A DNA stretch of 64,000 nucleotides, from positions 26,840 through 90,839 of the IMG/VR virus record IMGVR_UViG_3300031576_000018; one strand, written 5' to 3'. The notes under the pieces are model-generated. The model saw nothing but the letters and a program-made list of their open reading frames with translations. It made no database searches and was not told the origin of the DNA. The translations under genes and the position numbers were made by a program. This stretch comes from a virus. Shown here one piece after another: positions 38,315 to 48,155 of the stretch. The first letter of the stretch is position 1. Each line of letters starts with the position of its first letter.

Positions 38315-38640
38315 ACAAGTTCTTATTTAAAGATTTAAAGAAAAGAGAACTGGGTTTATACAGCTATGGACAAGTTGCCAAAGAATGCCAAATCAAATTC
38401 AAAACGTTAAAGTGGTTATTTAAAAAGAAAATATTTGAGAAAGGGGAGCAGTTTTCAAAGAAGACTTACCGTCTTTATCTCACCGAACGAGAAAGAGAGC
38501 TAATTACTACTACCTTTAGACTAGCAAGAAAGGAGGCTCTAGAGAACTCAGACAGAAGAGATTCAGAAGGTAACTACGTGTACAACCTATCCTATGAACG
38601 TGTAGGACAAATTTATAAACAGTTGAAGGAGAAAATATGA
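38296..38640 (+). CDS. MerR-like HTH protein
   Basis: LYSYGQVAKECQIKFKTLKWL..YRLY; ATG 38296 preferred to TTG 38221. Confidence 0.55.
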   Translation: MFKEEVDKFLFKDLKKRELGLYSYGQVAKECQIKFKTLKWLFKKKIFEKGEQFSKKTYRLYLTERERELITTTFRLARKEALENSDRRDSEGNYVYNLSYERVGQIYKQLKEKI

Positions 38641-39329
38641 GTTTTTTTACAGTTGGTTTTGAAGCAGTTGTTGAGGAAGCAAAAAGGCAAGAAGACGCCA
38701 GAGCGGCTTACTCGGATTATGACGAACTTTACCTAAACAAGGCTAAAAGCGGAAATGATGAGTGTAAAGTATTCTTTATGAGTACTGAGCCTACTAATTT
38801 TCATATCCATGATTTTGGAGAAGTGACAAAGGACAGATCAGATAAGTTTTTATGCACTGACCCCGTTAATGGGTGTGACATTTGTAAGTATATGGAAAAA
38901 CCCAATAAGTACTTTAAGTCTATGTGGCCTGTTTATGTTCCGCACCATATCTACAGAGCTGTGTCTGAAAAGGGCAAGGATAAGGAGTACAATAATGTTA
39001 TTTCCTATCTTATTTTTCCTGCTAAACACGCTGCTACTTTGGGAGCCAAAGCTACTAAATGGGGTTCATTGACTGACTTTAGAATAGACATTATGAAAGC
39101 AGGGGACGGGGGTTCTTATCAGTTTGAGAAGACCTCTGTGCCAACACCAGAGGATGTGTTAAAGATGCGTATCCCTAAACCAGAGGAGTTTATTGTTCCT
39201 CCCTCTAAAGAAAAGGTAGCTGCTTTTATTAAGAAGTATGCAGGGAAAACCCTTCATGTTGATAAGGTTTCTCTGAGTGCTCCAAAGGAGCCAACACCCG
39301 TACCAGAAAATTTTGAAATAGATTTCTAA
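38637..39329 (+). CDS. Putative single-stranded DNA-binding protein (gp32-like)
   Basis: H..C..CDIC zinc motif, acidic-aromatic C-terminus ENFEIDF, adjacent to polymerase. Confidence 0.7.
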   Translation: MSFFTVGFEAVVEEAKRQEDARAAYSDYDELYLNKAKSGNDECKVFFMSTEPTNFHIHDFGEVTKDRSDKFLCTDPVNGCDICKYMEKPNKYFKSMWPVYVPHHIYRAVSEKGKDKEYNNVISYLIFPAKHAATLGAKATKWGSLTDFRIDIMKAGDGGSYQFEKTSVPTPEDVLKMRIPKPEEFIVPPSKEKVAAFIKKYAGKTLHVDKVSLSAPKEPTPVPENFEIDF

Positions 39330-39370
39330 GTAACTTAGGGCTAGGTTTTTACCCTAGCCCTAAGTTACTT
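39328..39370. terminator. 18-bp perfect inverted repeat between ssb and pol
   Basis: AAGTAACTTAGGGCTAGG tttttac CCTAGCCCTAAGTTACTT. Confidence 0.65.
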
Positions 39371-39433
39371 GTGTACGGACGGTATAGCCCTACGTTCAAT
39401 AAAAATTTAGCTTTTCTTATTATAGGTTATTAA

Positions 39434-41299
39434 ATGATAGTTGACAATTTAGATAAGTTTGAACAATTCTGTGAGTTCCTTTCCCAAGAGCCTTTCATGG
39501 CATTTGATACAGAGACGGATAATCTACACGGTGATATCGTAGGTATGAGTTTTGCCAAGTCTTCCTCAAAAGGTTGGTACATTCCAATAGCGCACGCACC
39601 AAACTTTGTCGATGGGGATAGAAACATTCCCAAAGAAAAAGTTATCGAACTGATGAAGCCTATCTTTGAAGCCAAGCACACACAATGGTTGTGTTGGAAT
39701 TTACAGTACGAGTACTACACCTTACGGCACTGGTTGGGTATTGAAATGGCAACTGGAGAAGATGCCCAGATTATGTACTGGCTTCTTAACTCTGAAGGAA
39801 ATCTACGACTAAAACATAGAGCTGTGGTTGACTTAGGTTTATCTGGAGCCACAACCTATGAGGATATGGCAAAGGGAAAATCCCCAATGTATTCCCCAGT
39901 CGATGAGTGTGGTGAGTACGCCATTCAAGATGCTCGTTTTACTTGGGAACTCTATTGGAAGTATTTACCGCTGCTCAAAGTCAAGGGTAATTGCTACAAT
40001 GTCTACAAAGGAATACACCTACCACTTGTTGTTGTCTTAGATTCAATGTTTGAAAGAGGTATTCGTATTGATCGACAAGCTCTAAACGAGGTGAAAATCT
40101 ATTGCCAAACTAGTATGCTTAGTTTGGCTGAAGAAATGTACTCTGTGGCAAAGCGTTACTTTAATCCTAACTCCGGTTCACAGGTAAGAGATTTATTTGT
40201 TAATCAGCTTAAATTACCTGTTATTAGTTGGACTAAGGGGGGTAAGAGTGGAAATTCTCAACCATCGGTGGATCAGAATGCACTAAGTCACTATGCTAAG
40301 GAAGCGGAAGGGGAAGCGAGTTTACTTGCTAAAAAGGTGTTGGCGTACAGAGAGCTTGGAAAGATTTTGTCTACGTACACGGATTCTATTCTACAAAAAG
40401 CAGACCATTCAGATCGTATACATTCCTCATTTAACCAGACAGGAACGGTAGGCGGTCGGTTTTCTAGCCGTAACCCTAACTTTCAGAATATACCCGCCCG
40501 TTCGGAAGTAGGTAAGGCTATACGGAAGGTATTTATAGCCAGGGAAGGGTACAAACTAGTTTGTGCTGACTTCTCCCAACTAGAGCTTCGTATTTTGGCA
40601 CATTTTACTAAGGACCCTATCCTGTGTGAAGCGTTCGCTACTGGTAAAGACCCGCACTCTGCAACAGCGGCTATGCTAATGTCCATGCCGTATGAAGAGT
40701 TCTTTAGTGCGTATAAAAAACAGAAGGCAAAAGATAAAGAAATTGTTGAATTATGGTTGGCAGAGTACGGGTTTACACCTGAAGATATGCGAGGACGGTC
40801 TAAAACGGTAAATTTTGGTATTGCGTACGGCAAAAATACCGATTTAGATTTAGGGATAACCAAAGACTTCCTTGATCAATGGAAGTCTATTCATAAAGTA
40901 GTGGTTAAGTATATACAAGGCGAACACAAACAACTCCTTAATCAAGGGTTCGTCAATACTGTTCTTGGTAGGTTTAGACATTCAGAAAAAGTGTTTTCTC
41001 CTAGTTGGGAAGAAAGGGAAGCCGCTTTAAGAGAACTTTTCAATACGAAAATTCAAGGAACTGCGGCTGATCTGGCTAATATGAGTATGATTATGATTCA
41101 TGGAGAGTTTCAGACGAGAGGTCTAGACGCTTTCCTTATTGCTCAAGTACATGATGAGATTATAGCCGAGGCTAGAGAACAGCAAGCACAAGAGGTATCA
41201 GATATTATGAAACACTGTATGGAAACATGTTATCCACTAAGTATTGTTTTAGAGGTGGAACCAGGGATAGGAAACAATTGGGTAGAGGCAAAAGGATAA
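39434..41299 (+). CDS. polA: Family A DNA polymerase with 3'-5' exonuclease
   Basis: FDTET, GRFSSRNPNFQNIP, ADFSQLELRILAH, KTVNFGIAYG, QVHDE. Confidence 0.97.
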   Translation: MIVDNLDKFEQFCEFLSQEPFMAFDTETDNLHGDIVGMSFAKSSSKGWYIPIAHAPNFVDGDRNIPKEKVIELMKPIFEAKHTQWLCWNLQYEYYTLRHWLGIEMATGEDAQIMYWLLNSEGNLRLKHRAVVDLGLSGATTYEDMAKGKSPMYSPVDECGEYAIQDARFTWELYWKYLPLLKVKGNCYNVYKGIHLPLVVVLDSMFERGIRIDRQALNEVKIYCQTSMLSLAEEMYSVAKRYFNPNSGSQVRDLFVNQLKLPVISWTKGGKSGNSQPSVDQNALSHYAKEAEGEASLLAKKVLAYRELGKILSTYTDSILQKADHSDRIHSSFNQTGTVGGRFSSRNPNFQNIPARSEVGKAIRKVFIAREGYKLVCADFSQLELRILAHFTKDPILCEAFATGKDPHSATAAMLMSMPYEEFFSAYKKQKAKDKEIVELWLAEYGFTPEDMRGRSKTVNFGIAYGKNTDLDLGITKDFLDQWKSIHKVVVKYIQGEHKQLLNQGFVNTVLGRFRHSEKVFSPSWEEREAALRELFNTKIQGTAADLANMSMIMIHGEFQTRGLDAFLIAQVHDEIIAEAREQQAQEVSDIMKHCMETCYPLSIVLEVEPGIGNNWVEAKG

Positions 41300-42555
41300 T
41301 GGCAACAAATATAAAGAAAAAAGAAGAGAATAAAAAGTCTAAGGTTCTGCAACCAAAAACGTTGCAGGAAGTTTTAGATACAATGAACAAATCAAGACCG
41401 GGAACAATTTTTACAGGTGCGGACTTGGAGAGGGCTAAGAATAAAAGGGCAAGCGTCGGTATACCTAGCGTAGATAGAATTTTAGGGGGCGGTATGGTTA
41501 GAGGGGGAAAAGTACACATTTATGGGAAATCAGGAACTGGTAAATCTACGCTCACTATACAGACAGGGGCAAATATTCAAAGGATGGATAAATTCGCCAC
41601 AGGCGCTGTAGTTAACTTAGAGGGGTTTTGGAGGACAGAAGGTATTCAGTACGCTAAAAAGTTTGGAATGGACCCAGAAAGAGTAATTATATTAGAAATG
41701 GGGGAAAACGAGGGTTCTGAAAATGTATTGGACACCGCAATTCAACTAGTAAAAACTAGAGCATTGGATTTTCTTATTGTCGATTCTATAGCGGGTATAA
41801 TAACAAGAGATGAGCTAGAGAAGTCTATGGACGAAAATGAGAAGATTGCTTTTCAAGCAAACCTAGTAAAAAAATTTCTTTTGCGATTAAATGCGGTTAC
41901 AGCCCCTCGTATAGAAAATGGTGAGGTTCTTGTGCATCCCTGTGCAATTATGATAATCAATCAGCTAAGAGCGGGTGGTTTGGGTTATGTGTTAGCGGAT
42001 AAGAATACGCCTGGTGGCTCGGCCTTGCATTTTTTTTCTGATATTGAAGTGCATGCGTCTAGGGTTGATCCTATATTTTATAAGGTGCAGAAAGACCAAC
42101 TAGACCTACTTTCTGACTCTTTAGAGCGTAGAGAGTTAGAGAAGGGATGGGCAATAGGGCATAGCACACAATACAAAATCCATAAGAACCGAACTGCTCC
42201 CACAGAGGATAAAGCCACTGTGATTGATTTTTACCGAAGTAAAATTGAAATACCTTCTCCCACAGGTTTTACAGGCTTTGGGTTTGATTTAGTAGGTGAT
42301 ACCTTTGATACAGCCGTCTTAGCTGGGATTATTCCTACAAGCGGAGCATACCGTACAATAGAAGGGAAGACTTATCAAGGAAGAGAGAAAGCGCTTACCT
42401 TCTTTAGGTCTTCTCCTGAAGTCTATCAACGGACACTTAAACAATTGGAGGATATTGGTAAAGATGACACACGAAATAAAGAAGTTAAAAGCAAAGTCTC
42501 GAAGAAACGAGAAAATGTTGTCGAAGGAATTGGACATGATGTTAACACCAGGTAG
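41299..42555 (+). CDS. recA: RecA/UvsX-like recombinase
   Basis: GIPSVDRILGGG, GKSGTGKS, IVDSIA, INQLR, TPGG.AL, KNRTAP. Confidence 0.93.
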   Translation: MATNIKKKEENKKSKVLQPKTLQEVLDTMNKSRPGTIFTGADLERAKNKRASVGIPSVDRILGGGMVRGGKVHIYGKSGTGKSTLTIQTGANIQRMDKFATGAVVNLEGFWRTEGIQYAKKFGMDPERVIILEMGENEGSENVLDTAIQLVKTRALDFLIVDSIAGIITRDELEKSMDENEKIAFQANLVKKFLLRLNAVTAPRIENGEVLVHPCAIMIINQLRAGGLGYVLADKNTPGGSALHFFSDIEVHASRVDPIFYKVQKDQLDLLSDSLERRELEKGWAIGHSTQYKIHKNRTAPTEDKATVIDFYRSKIEIPSPTGFTGFGFDLVGDTFDTAVLAGIIPTSGAYRTIEGKTYQGREKALTFFRSSPEVYQRTLKQLEDIGKDDTRNKEVKSKVSKKRENVVEGIGHDVNTR

Positions 42556-43063
42556 TGGCTCAGGAAGGAAAAAAGGAGATTTACAAACAAATCCAACAAA
42601 CAGTATTGGCTTTATGGTTGAATTGAAAGAAACTAAGTATGCGGCTATTACTTTCCAGACAGAGTGGGTTTACAAAGTGTACAGAGAAGCTCAGAAGGAA
42701 GATAAGATACCAGCGTTTTGCCTAGACTTTAATGGTAGAAAAATTTACTTGATTACCTTATACGATTGGCAGCATATGACCAGTAAGTCTAAGCCAGAGT
42801 CTAGTCGGGCGTTGAATGGGTTAACTACAACTCTTTATGCTACTGAATTACAAGAGGGATTAGAGCTAAAAATTCCTAATGGACATTATGCACCCTTGGT
42901 AGTTACGTCTGCCTTTGACTTTAAAAACTACAAGAACAAACTCGAACAAGGAGGTTTTCTAGATGGATTGGCAGAGCCTGTGGAAGTTATTGGAGAACAA
43001 GAATATCGAGAAGAGAATGTTGAAAGCCCAATCGAAGGGGGAAGTGAAATTACTCCTGATTGA
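42455..43063 (+). CDS. Holliday junction resolvase-like PD-(D/E)XK nuclease
   Basis: E..TPGSGS..KGD..VELKET. Confidence 0.75.
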   Translation: MVKMTHEIKKLKAKSRRNEKMLSKELDMMLTPGSGSGRKKGDLQTNPTNSIGFMVELKETKYAAITFQTEWVYKVYREAQKEDKIPAFCLDFNGRKIYLITLYDWQHMTSKSKPESSRALNGLTTTLYATELQEGLELKIPNGHYAPLVVTSAFDFKNYKNKLEQGGFLDGLAEPVEVIGEQEYREENVESPIEGGSEITPD

Positions 43064-43298
43064 GATTATTTCTTGTTTTAGAGCGATAGGGCAAAAAGAT
43101 TATGTTAACCCCCTAAAAGAAGCGTGTCTAGAAGTCTTTATGCGACTCCAGAGCAATGAATTATTTTCAATAACTTTGCTTCACACCTTAGAGCTATTAG
43201 AAGAGCTAGACCAGATGGTGACTAATTTTAAAAATTCTTCTTCTAAAGAAGAGCAAAAGTTTTGGTACAACAAAATGAAGATAGAACAATACCTGTAG
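42963..43298 (+). CDS. Hypothetical protein
   Basis: GGAGG RBS inside upstream gene. Confidence 0.55.
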   Translation: MDWQSLWKLLENKNIEKRMLKAQSKGEVKLLLIEIISCFRAIGQKDYVNPLKEACLEVFMRLQSNELFSITLLHTLELLEELDQMVTNFKNSSSKEEQKFWYNKMKIEQYL

Positions 43299-43307
43299 GA
43301 GGTTTTT

Positions 43308-43592
43308 ATGTACATTATTCCCTATATGACCGTGATGGACTCTGGAAGAGGTTCGTTTTCTGGTTACAGTGGAACAAAATTTCTAGGCTCTTTGTCTGAT
43401 GTAAAAGATTGGATAAAGAGCAATTGTGGTGTCAATCACGCACTTGAGCTGATTAACAATAAAGGGGTTACTCAGGATATCTTACCCGTCTTTTACCAAA
43501 AGATGTCAGACAGTAGTTACAAAGCTAAGTTTAATTATCTGGATGAAGACAATGAAATTGTACTTTGGGAGAGTGACAAAGAAGATGAGTAG
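43308..43592 (+). CDS. Hypothetical protein
   Basis: RBS AGGAGG. Confidence 0.7.
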   Translation: MYIIPYMTVMDSGRGSFSGYSGTKFLGSLSDVKDWIKSNCGVNHALELINNKGVTQDILPVFYQKMSDSSYKAKFNYLDEDNEIVLWESDKEDE

Positions 43593-44076
43593 CGAGGAGC
43601 AGCGATTTAAGGTGATTTCTGATACTGTGGATTATATTCTACCCGGCTTTAATAAGATGCCAGAGATAACGATAGATAGTCTGGGTATTCCCTATGACTT
43701 AACACAATGTAGTCTAGAGGAGTTGGGTATGTTTTCTTCTTCTCTACGCTCTTTGGTATCTTATGCGGAAGGTAAGCGTAGTGAGATTTCTGTGAGAAAG
43801 TTGATTATAAAAGATACGATTGACCAGGAAGAGTCTTTTCACTTTAATAAGATTAGAGAAGAAAATTCCCAAGGTAAAAAGTGTATTTTAGGCGCCACCG
43901 AGTTAAAAGCAGCGGCAAGAGAAAAAGTACTGGACAATTACACACGGCTGACTATCTTAACAGGGCAGGGAAAGCTAATAGATGCTCGTGTTAACTCAGC
44001 CAATGAGACAATAAAAACGATCTCAAGAGAAATATCAAACAGGGCGTTACAGTTAGAATATGCGAAACTTAAATAG
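43585..44076 (+). CDS. Helical protein, possible UvsY-like recombination mediator
   Basis: All-helical; C-terminal KTISREISNR; lies between recA and ruvC-like genes. Confidence 0.45.
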   Translation: MSSEEQRFKVISDTVDYILPGFNKMPEITIDSLGIPYDLTQCSLEELGMFSSSLRSLVSYAEGKRSEISVRKLIIKDTIDQEESFHFNKIREENSQGKKCILGATELKAAAREKVLDNYTRLTILTGQGKLIDARVNSANETIKTISREISNRALQLEYAKLK

Positions 44077-44770
44077 TGAAATTTCTATTTTAAAAATAGA
44101 CCCTAAAAAAATTAGAGCGTACACTGTTTTTCCTTGGACGCAAATATTGGATTACTTTGAGGAAGACGAAACGGTAACGACTCAATTTCCTTCTATTTTA
44201 GGATTAGATCCCAGCTTAACAAATTTGGGGTTTGCTTCTATAAGCAGTAAAAGTAAAACAGAAATCTCTATCCCAGAGGTTGGAACAATCTCTCTAAAGT
44301 CTAAAAGTACAGATAGACTAAAGCATTTTGTGTCAATACTGCCTTACCTATTATTAAAATATATGCCGAATGTCGTTGTAGTTGAGGACTATGCTTATGG
44401 TGCTAGTAATAAATCGCATCAAATTGGTGAATTAGGTGGCTTGGTTAGATTGGTGATTGCTGAGTATTCGGAAGTAATTAATCAGTTTTGTTTAAGCATA
44501 TTCTTGTCTCCAACACAGGTAAAAAAGTTTGCCACTGGGGTAGGTAACTCTAAAAAGAATATTATGTTGATGCACATGTTTAAACAGTTCGGTATTGAGT
44601 TAAAAGATGACAATCAGGCAGACGCTTTTTATCTTGCAGCTATGGGAAGTTTAAAGACGTACAAGAGTTTGTTAGGACATAAGTTAAAAGATCTGGAATT
44701 AACAGAGAGTCAGCAGAAGATAATTTCAGACCTCAGATTTAATAAACAAGAGGAACCCGTAAGCATATGA
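44060..44770 (+). CDS. RuvC-like Holliday junction resolvase
   Basis: LGLDPSLTNLG, VVEDY, ELGG, PTQVKKFATG.GN..K, DNQADA. Confidence 0.9.
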   Translation: MRNLNSEISILKIDPKKIRAYTVFPWTQILDYFEEDETVTTQFPSILGLDPSLTNLGFASISSKSKTEISIPEVGTISLKSKSTDRLKHFVSILPYLLLKYMPNVVVVEDYAYGASNKSHQIGELGGLVRLVIAEYSEVINQFCLSIFLSPTQVKKFATGVGNSKKNIMLMHMFKQFGIELKDDNQADAFYLAAMGSLKTYKSLLGHKLKDLELTESQQKIISDLRFNKQEEPVSI

Positions 44771-45183
44771 CAATCTATAAATTTCTTGACGTGACTGATC
44801 AAGAGTTAGTTTCTCAGGTTCCCCTCTTCTTTGAAGAACAAAGACCTATATTCGTGTTGGACGCCGCAGGCGTAGAAAGAATTATTAAGGACTTTGATAG
44901 TCCTGTTCATTACCGTAAGAATAGCTTTTTTATCAAACCATACCCACTGGTGGAGAAGTACAACCTTCTAATATTTCCCTATCAGGACAATAACAACAAT
45001 TTGATTAGACGAGTTACAAAGCTGTTTAATAGAGCATACGCAGGGTGTATGGTGGTTATCTTTGGCTATAAAGAAGACGTGATAGAAACGTCAAGACTCG
45101 TTAAAGATTATTGTGACCCCATCTCTTGTGTGTTTAACGTTGATAAATCTATTTGGACGGGTGTTAAACTAGATGGACTTTAA
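44767..45183 (+). CDS. Hypothetical protein, possible degenerate D12/Dam methyltransferase C-terminal fragment
   Basis: IIKDFDSP..SFFIKPYP and VVIFGY loosely resemble D12 IKRYDSP..FYLDPPY and VMLSGY. Confidence 0.35.
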   Translation: MTIYKFLDVTDQELVSQVPLFFEEQRPIFVLDAAGVERIIKDFDSPVHYRKNSFFIKPYPLVEKYNLLIFPYQDNNNNLIRRVTKLFNRAYAGCMVVIFGYKEDVIETSRLVKDYCDPISCVFNVDKSIWTGVKLDGL

Positions 45184-46666
45184 CCGCAATTGGTCACGTA
45201 TGAAAACCTGTCTTGACCCTATTTATGGAAAGTTGATTCTTTTTTCAGGAGTAGACCAGGAGAAAGATCAAGACCTTTTACGTTCCATGGAAGTAGAAGA
45301 CGTGATGCTGTCTTACTACCACCTAAGAAAACGCGGTAAGAAATCACTAGAGAAAACATTTGCCAACTTTAGAATTATCGGACTTTATAGTGGTATCCAA
45401 ACCTATCACAACGGGTTAAAGCGTTCTGGTGGAGCTGGGCTACAAGAAGAGCTAGAAGCCTATTGTAGAGACTATATTGAGTTTTGTGATCTCTGGGCTA
45501 ATCAACTATCCTTTGTTATTAGTACAGATGCAGAGGACCTGGTAGGAGCAGAGTTTAATGACGCTGTGTGTGAAGAACTCCGTGATAGAGAAGTAAGAGC
45601 CTATCCAGTCATAACCTATGGCAATATCGAACACAATCTCAAAGTAGGAAAGCTAAAGTGTAAAGAGGTTTGCTTTGCAGGAGAATTGGTAAAAGGCTTC
45701 ACCATAGACAGTAAAGAAATCATAGACTTCTGCGTTCGCAATAAGATTATTACCCATGCTTTAGCAGCTAAAGACGCAATGGCAGCTTCCTCTGCCAATC
45801 TGTTTTCTATCGACACAGGAGCCTGGTTAAACGCAGTCAAGTATGGAACGACTTATATCTTTAAAGGCGGAGCCTTACGAACATACGATAAAAACTCTAA
45901 ATCTATTCGCACTTTATCCAAGAAAGAGTATATGGACGCAGGAATAGACTGGAGAGGGGTTGAGTTAGAAAAACGTAAAGAAGTTTCCCAGATTAATATC
46001 TTAGCTTGGAGAAGGTACAAAGAGCATGTAGCTCAAGATATTTCCCAAGCCTACTGGCTTTCTAATTATGAAAAGGCAGAAGCTGCAGATTACTTTAGAC
46101 AACGCAACGGGCTAAGCCATACTCAGGAAGACATGACGAAGCAGTTACAAGATATGGCTCGTTCTCCAGATAACTACCGTCCTCATGTGATTAGTAACCA
46201 GAGAGATATTATTCAACTTCTTAGCCCTCAAGTGACAGAACCTTTAAAGTGTAATACCTGTGACATACAAAGAAGCTGTGCTCATTTTAAACCTAACATG
46301 GCCTGTTATTACAACACAATGGTAGCCATTAATGGTCTTGACGATGCGAAAACAGTAACAGGTCTTATGTTGTCTGTACAGGCCAATCGAATAAATCGCT
46401 TTGCCAACTTTGAAGCCCAGAGAGGTGGTAGCCCAGATCCTCAAATTGCTAAAGAGATGAGAGAGTTTAGACAAATGAGTAAAGGTTATACCGATATCGT
46501 AGAAGCAGCAAAACCCCAGTTTGGAGATTTACCTGCAGCTACTGTAACCGAAGAAGGTAAAAAGGGTGGAGATAGAGTGATGAACGCTATTTTCTCAGAA
46601 GTTGTAGAAGAGGGTGATGAAGAGGGAGAACAAATTACAGAGGAGATGAATAGTTATGGACCCTAA
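45173..46666 (+). CDS. Degenerate TGT/DpdA-like transglycosylase fold with C-terminal Cys4 domain
   Basis: MLSYY, LYSG (for LDSG), YIEF, YPV, HALA (for HGFG), SIDTGAW..KYG; Cx2Cx4Cx8C. Confidence 0.6.
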   Translation: MDFNRNWSRMKTCLDPIYGKLILFSGVDQEKDQDLLRSMEVEDVMLSYYHLRKRGKKSLEKTFANFRIIGLYSGIQTYHNGLKRSGGAGLQEELEAYCRDYIEFCDLWANQLSFVISTDAEDLVGAEFNDAVCEELRDREVRAYPVITYGNIEHNLKVGKLKCKEVCFAGELVKGFTIDSKEIIDFCVRNKIITHALAAKDAMAASSANLFSIDTGAWLNAVKYGTTYIFKGGALRTYDKNSKSIRTLSKKEYMDAGIDWRGVELEKRKEVSQINILAWRRYKEHVAQDISQAYWLSNYEKAEAADYFRQRNGLSHTQEDMTKQLQDMARSPDNYRPHVISNQRDIIQLLSPQVTEPLKCNTCDIQRSCAHFKPNMACYYNTMVAINGLDDAKTVTGLMLSVQANRINRFANFEAQRGGSPDPQIAKEMREFRQMSKGYTDIVEAAKPQFGDLPAATVTEEGKKGGDRVMNAIFSEVVEEGDEEGEQITEEMNSYGP

Positions 46667-46949
46667 ACATATCGTAACTGCTGTTACTCTGTATAAGGAA
46701 ATTATTAACAAAATTCTCATACATGGAGAATTTAGTATTTACCCGTTTACTGTGCGCTTTAAAGACGGCTACTTTGTGGTTAGTAGAGTTTTGTACACTG
46801 ACAGACTGGCTGGAAATAAAATTGACTCGTCAACTTGTTCTCCTTTTGAGTTTAAAAGTGAGTTCATAGAACAATTTTTAATACCAATAATAGCTGAGCG
46901 AGAGTTAGAGATGTTAAAAGCGGGTGTATTTAACCAGCTCGATAGTTAG
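46656..46949 (+). CDS. Hypothetical protein
   Basis: Overlapping ORF. Confidence 0.6.
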   Translation: MDPKHIVTAVTLYKEIINKILIHGEFSIYPFTVRFKDGYFVVSRVLYTDRLAGNKIDSSTCSPFEFKSEFIEQFLIPIIAERELEMLKAGVFNQLDS

Positions 46950-46961
46950 GAATAGTTCGTA

Positions 46962-47723
46962 GTGGAGAATAAGGGGTTTAAAGTAGTCTCTGGTAAAATC
47001 AATATTCCAGATTCTCTTACCATTCACTATATCAACCCCGGTGTTAAATCAACAGTTGTTTCCAAGTACACACTAAAGCATAAAGAGGAAAAGGAAGTTC
47101 CCAGACACGCAGGGCGGCAGACATTAGACCCTGAGAAAGTGTATAAAGCCTTACTTAAGGGAAAGAATAATAAAGTCTCTGGAACCTTTCTCAACATATT
47201 TAAAAAATTTAAAAAAGTGCCTACACATAAAATTAGTAAGTCTGTCTTCTTTGAAAAGATTTATGCGTTACCTACTGTCTTGTGCAGTAAGTGTTCATAC
47301 AAAAGTGATTGTCCTTATTACAACGAAGAGTTTGCCTGTAGCTTTGCAACCTCGCCTTTATTTCTTCCAAGAGATTTACGCTTTACTGAGCGTTGGATAT
47401 TAATGTATATGAACAGGCAATTATGGACAACAGCCGTATTCACAAATAGAGCCTCATTTCTAGACAATTTCGTTATATTCTACGCTACCTATATTTTAGC
47501 TCGTATTCAAGCAGATAAAGAGCTACCAGATGCGAAGATAAAGAAGTACAAAGGTAAAAAATATCAGGAAAGTAAGTACAGAGTTTCTTTACAGGAAGGG
47601 AAGATAAACATAGGGAATAAGTACAGTAACCAGAGTAACTATTTTATAAAAACAAAACTCGATAAACGAGAAAACAGAAAATCATTATTAGGATTCAAAT
47701 CAGGAGAAAAACATGCGCAATGA
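46962..47723 (+). CDS. Basic protein with Cx2Cx4Cx8C motif
   Basis: CSKCSYKSDCPYYNEEFAC. Confidence 0.6.
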   Translation: MENKGFKVVSGKINIPDSLTIHYINPGVKSTVVSKYTLKHKEEKEVPRHAGRQTLDPEKVYKALLKGKNNKVSGTFLNIFKKFKKVPTHKISKSVFFEKIYALPTVLCSKCSYKSDCPYYNEEFACSFATSPLFLPRDLRFTERWILMYMNRQLWTTAVFTNRASFLDNFVIFYATYILARIQADKELPDAKIKKYKGKKYQESKYRVSLQEGKINIGNKYSNQSNYFIKTKLDKRENRKSLLGFKSGEKHAQ

Positions 47724-48021
47724 AAAGTTAGTTCAGTTCCACAGTTCACATTTATTAGCAGACATCCACATTAGACCACTGGGAAAGATTAGACAAGTTG
47801 TTTTACGTTTTATCACCGGGAGCTACCTAGGGTCAGAGATAGAAACAGTAGAGGAAATAGACGACCCAGAGTTATCAGAGCAAATTGTTATTGAATCTTA
47901 CAGCACACCTTCAGAAGCCTTTAACCGTTTAGCAGAACTAATAAAGCAATTCGACTTGGTTATTATAACCACACCTTCTTTCTGGCGGTCACCTTATGAC
48001 GGTGGTAACTCAGGCGATTAG
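47713..48021 (+). CDS. Hypothetical protein
   Basis: RBS AGGAG. Confidence 0.6.
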   Translation: MRNEKLVQFHSSHLLADIHIRPLGKIRQVVLRFITGSYLGSEIETVEEIDDPELSEQIVIESYSTPSEAFNRLAELIKQFDLVIITTPSFWRSPYDGGNSGD

Positions 48022-48050
48022 CTGAGCTTTTTAGCGTAGAGAATTAAGTC

Positions 48051-48090
48051 ATTTATTTTGTTTACAAAGTATACAAAATATGGTATAATA
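48051..48090 (+). promoter_or_regulatory. Repeated sigma70-type promoter P4
   Basis: ATTTATTTTG-TTTACA(48061-66)-17-TATAAT(48084-89). Confidence 0.9.
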
Positions 48091-48155
48091 GTAGTATATG
48101 AGGCATCCTATGCCTTGCGTAAAAAACTGCTATAAAAATATAAGGAGATAAACAA

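Noticed and set aside
39434-42555. Inteins or introns in pol, recA or the helicases
   Set aside because: Lengths are normal and motifs contiguous; no splice-junction motifs seen
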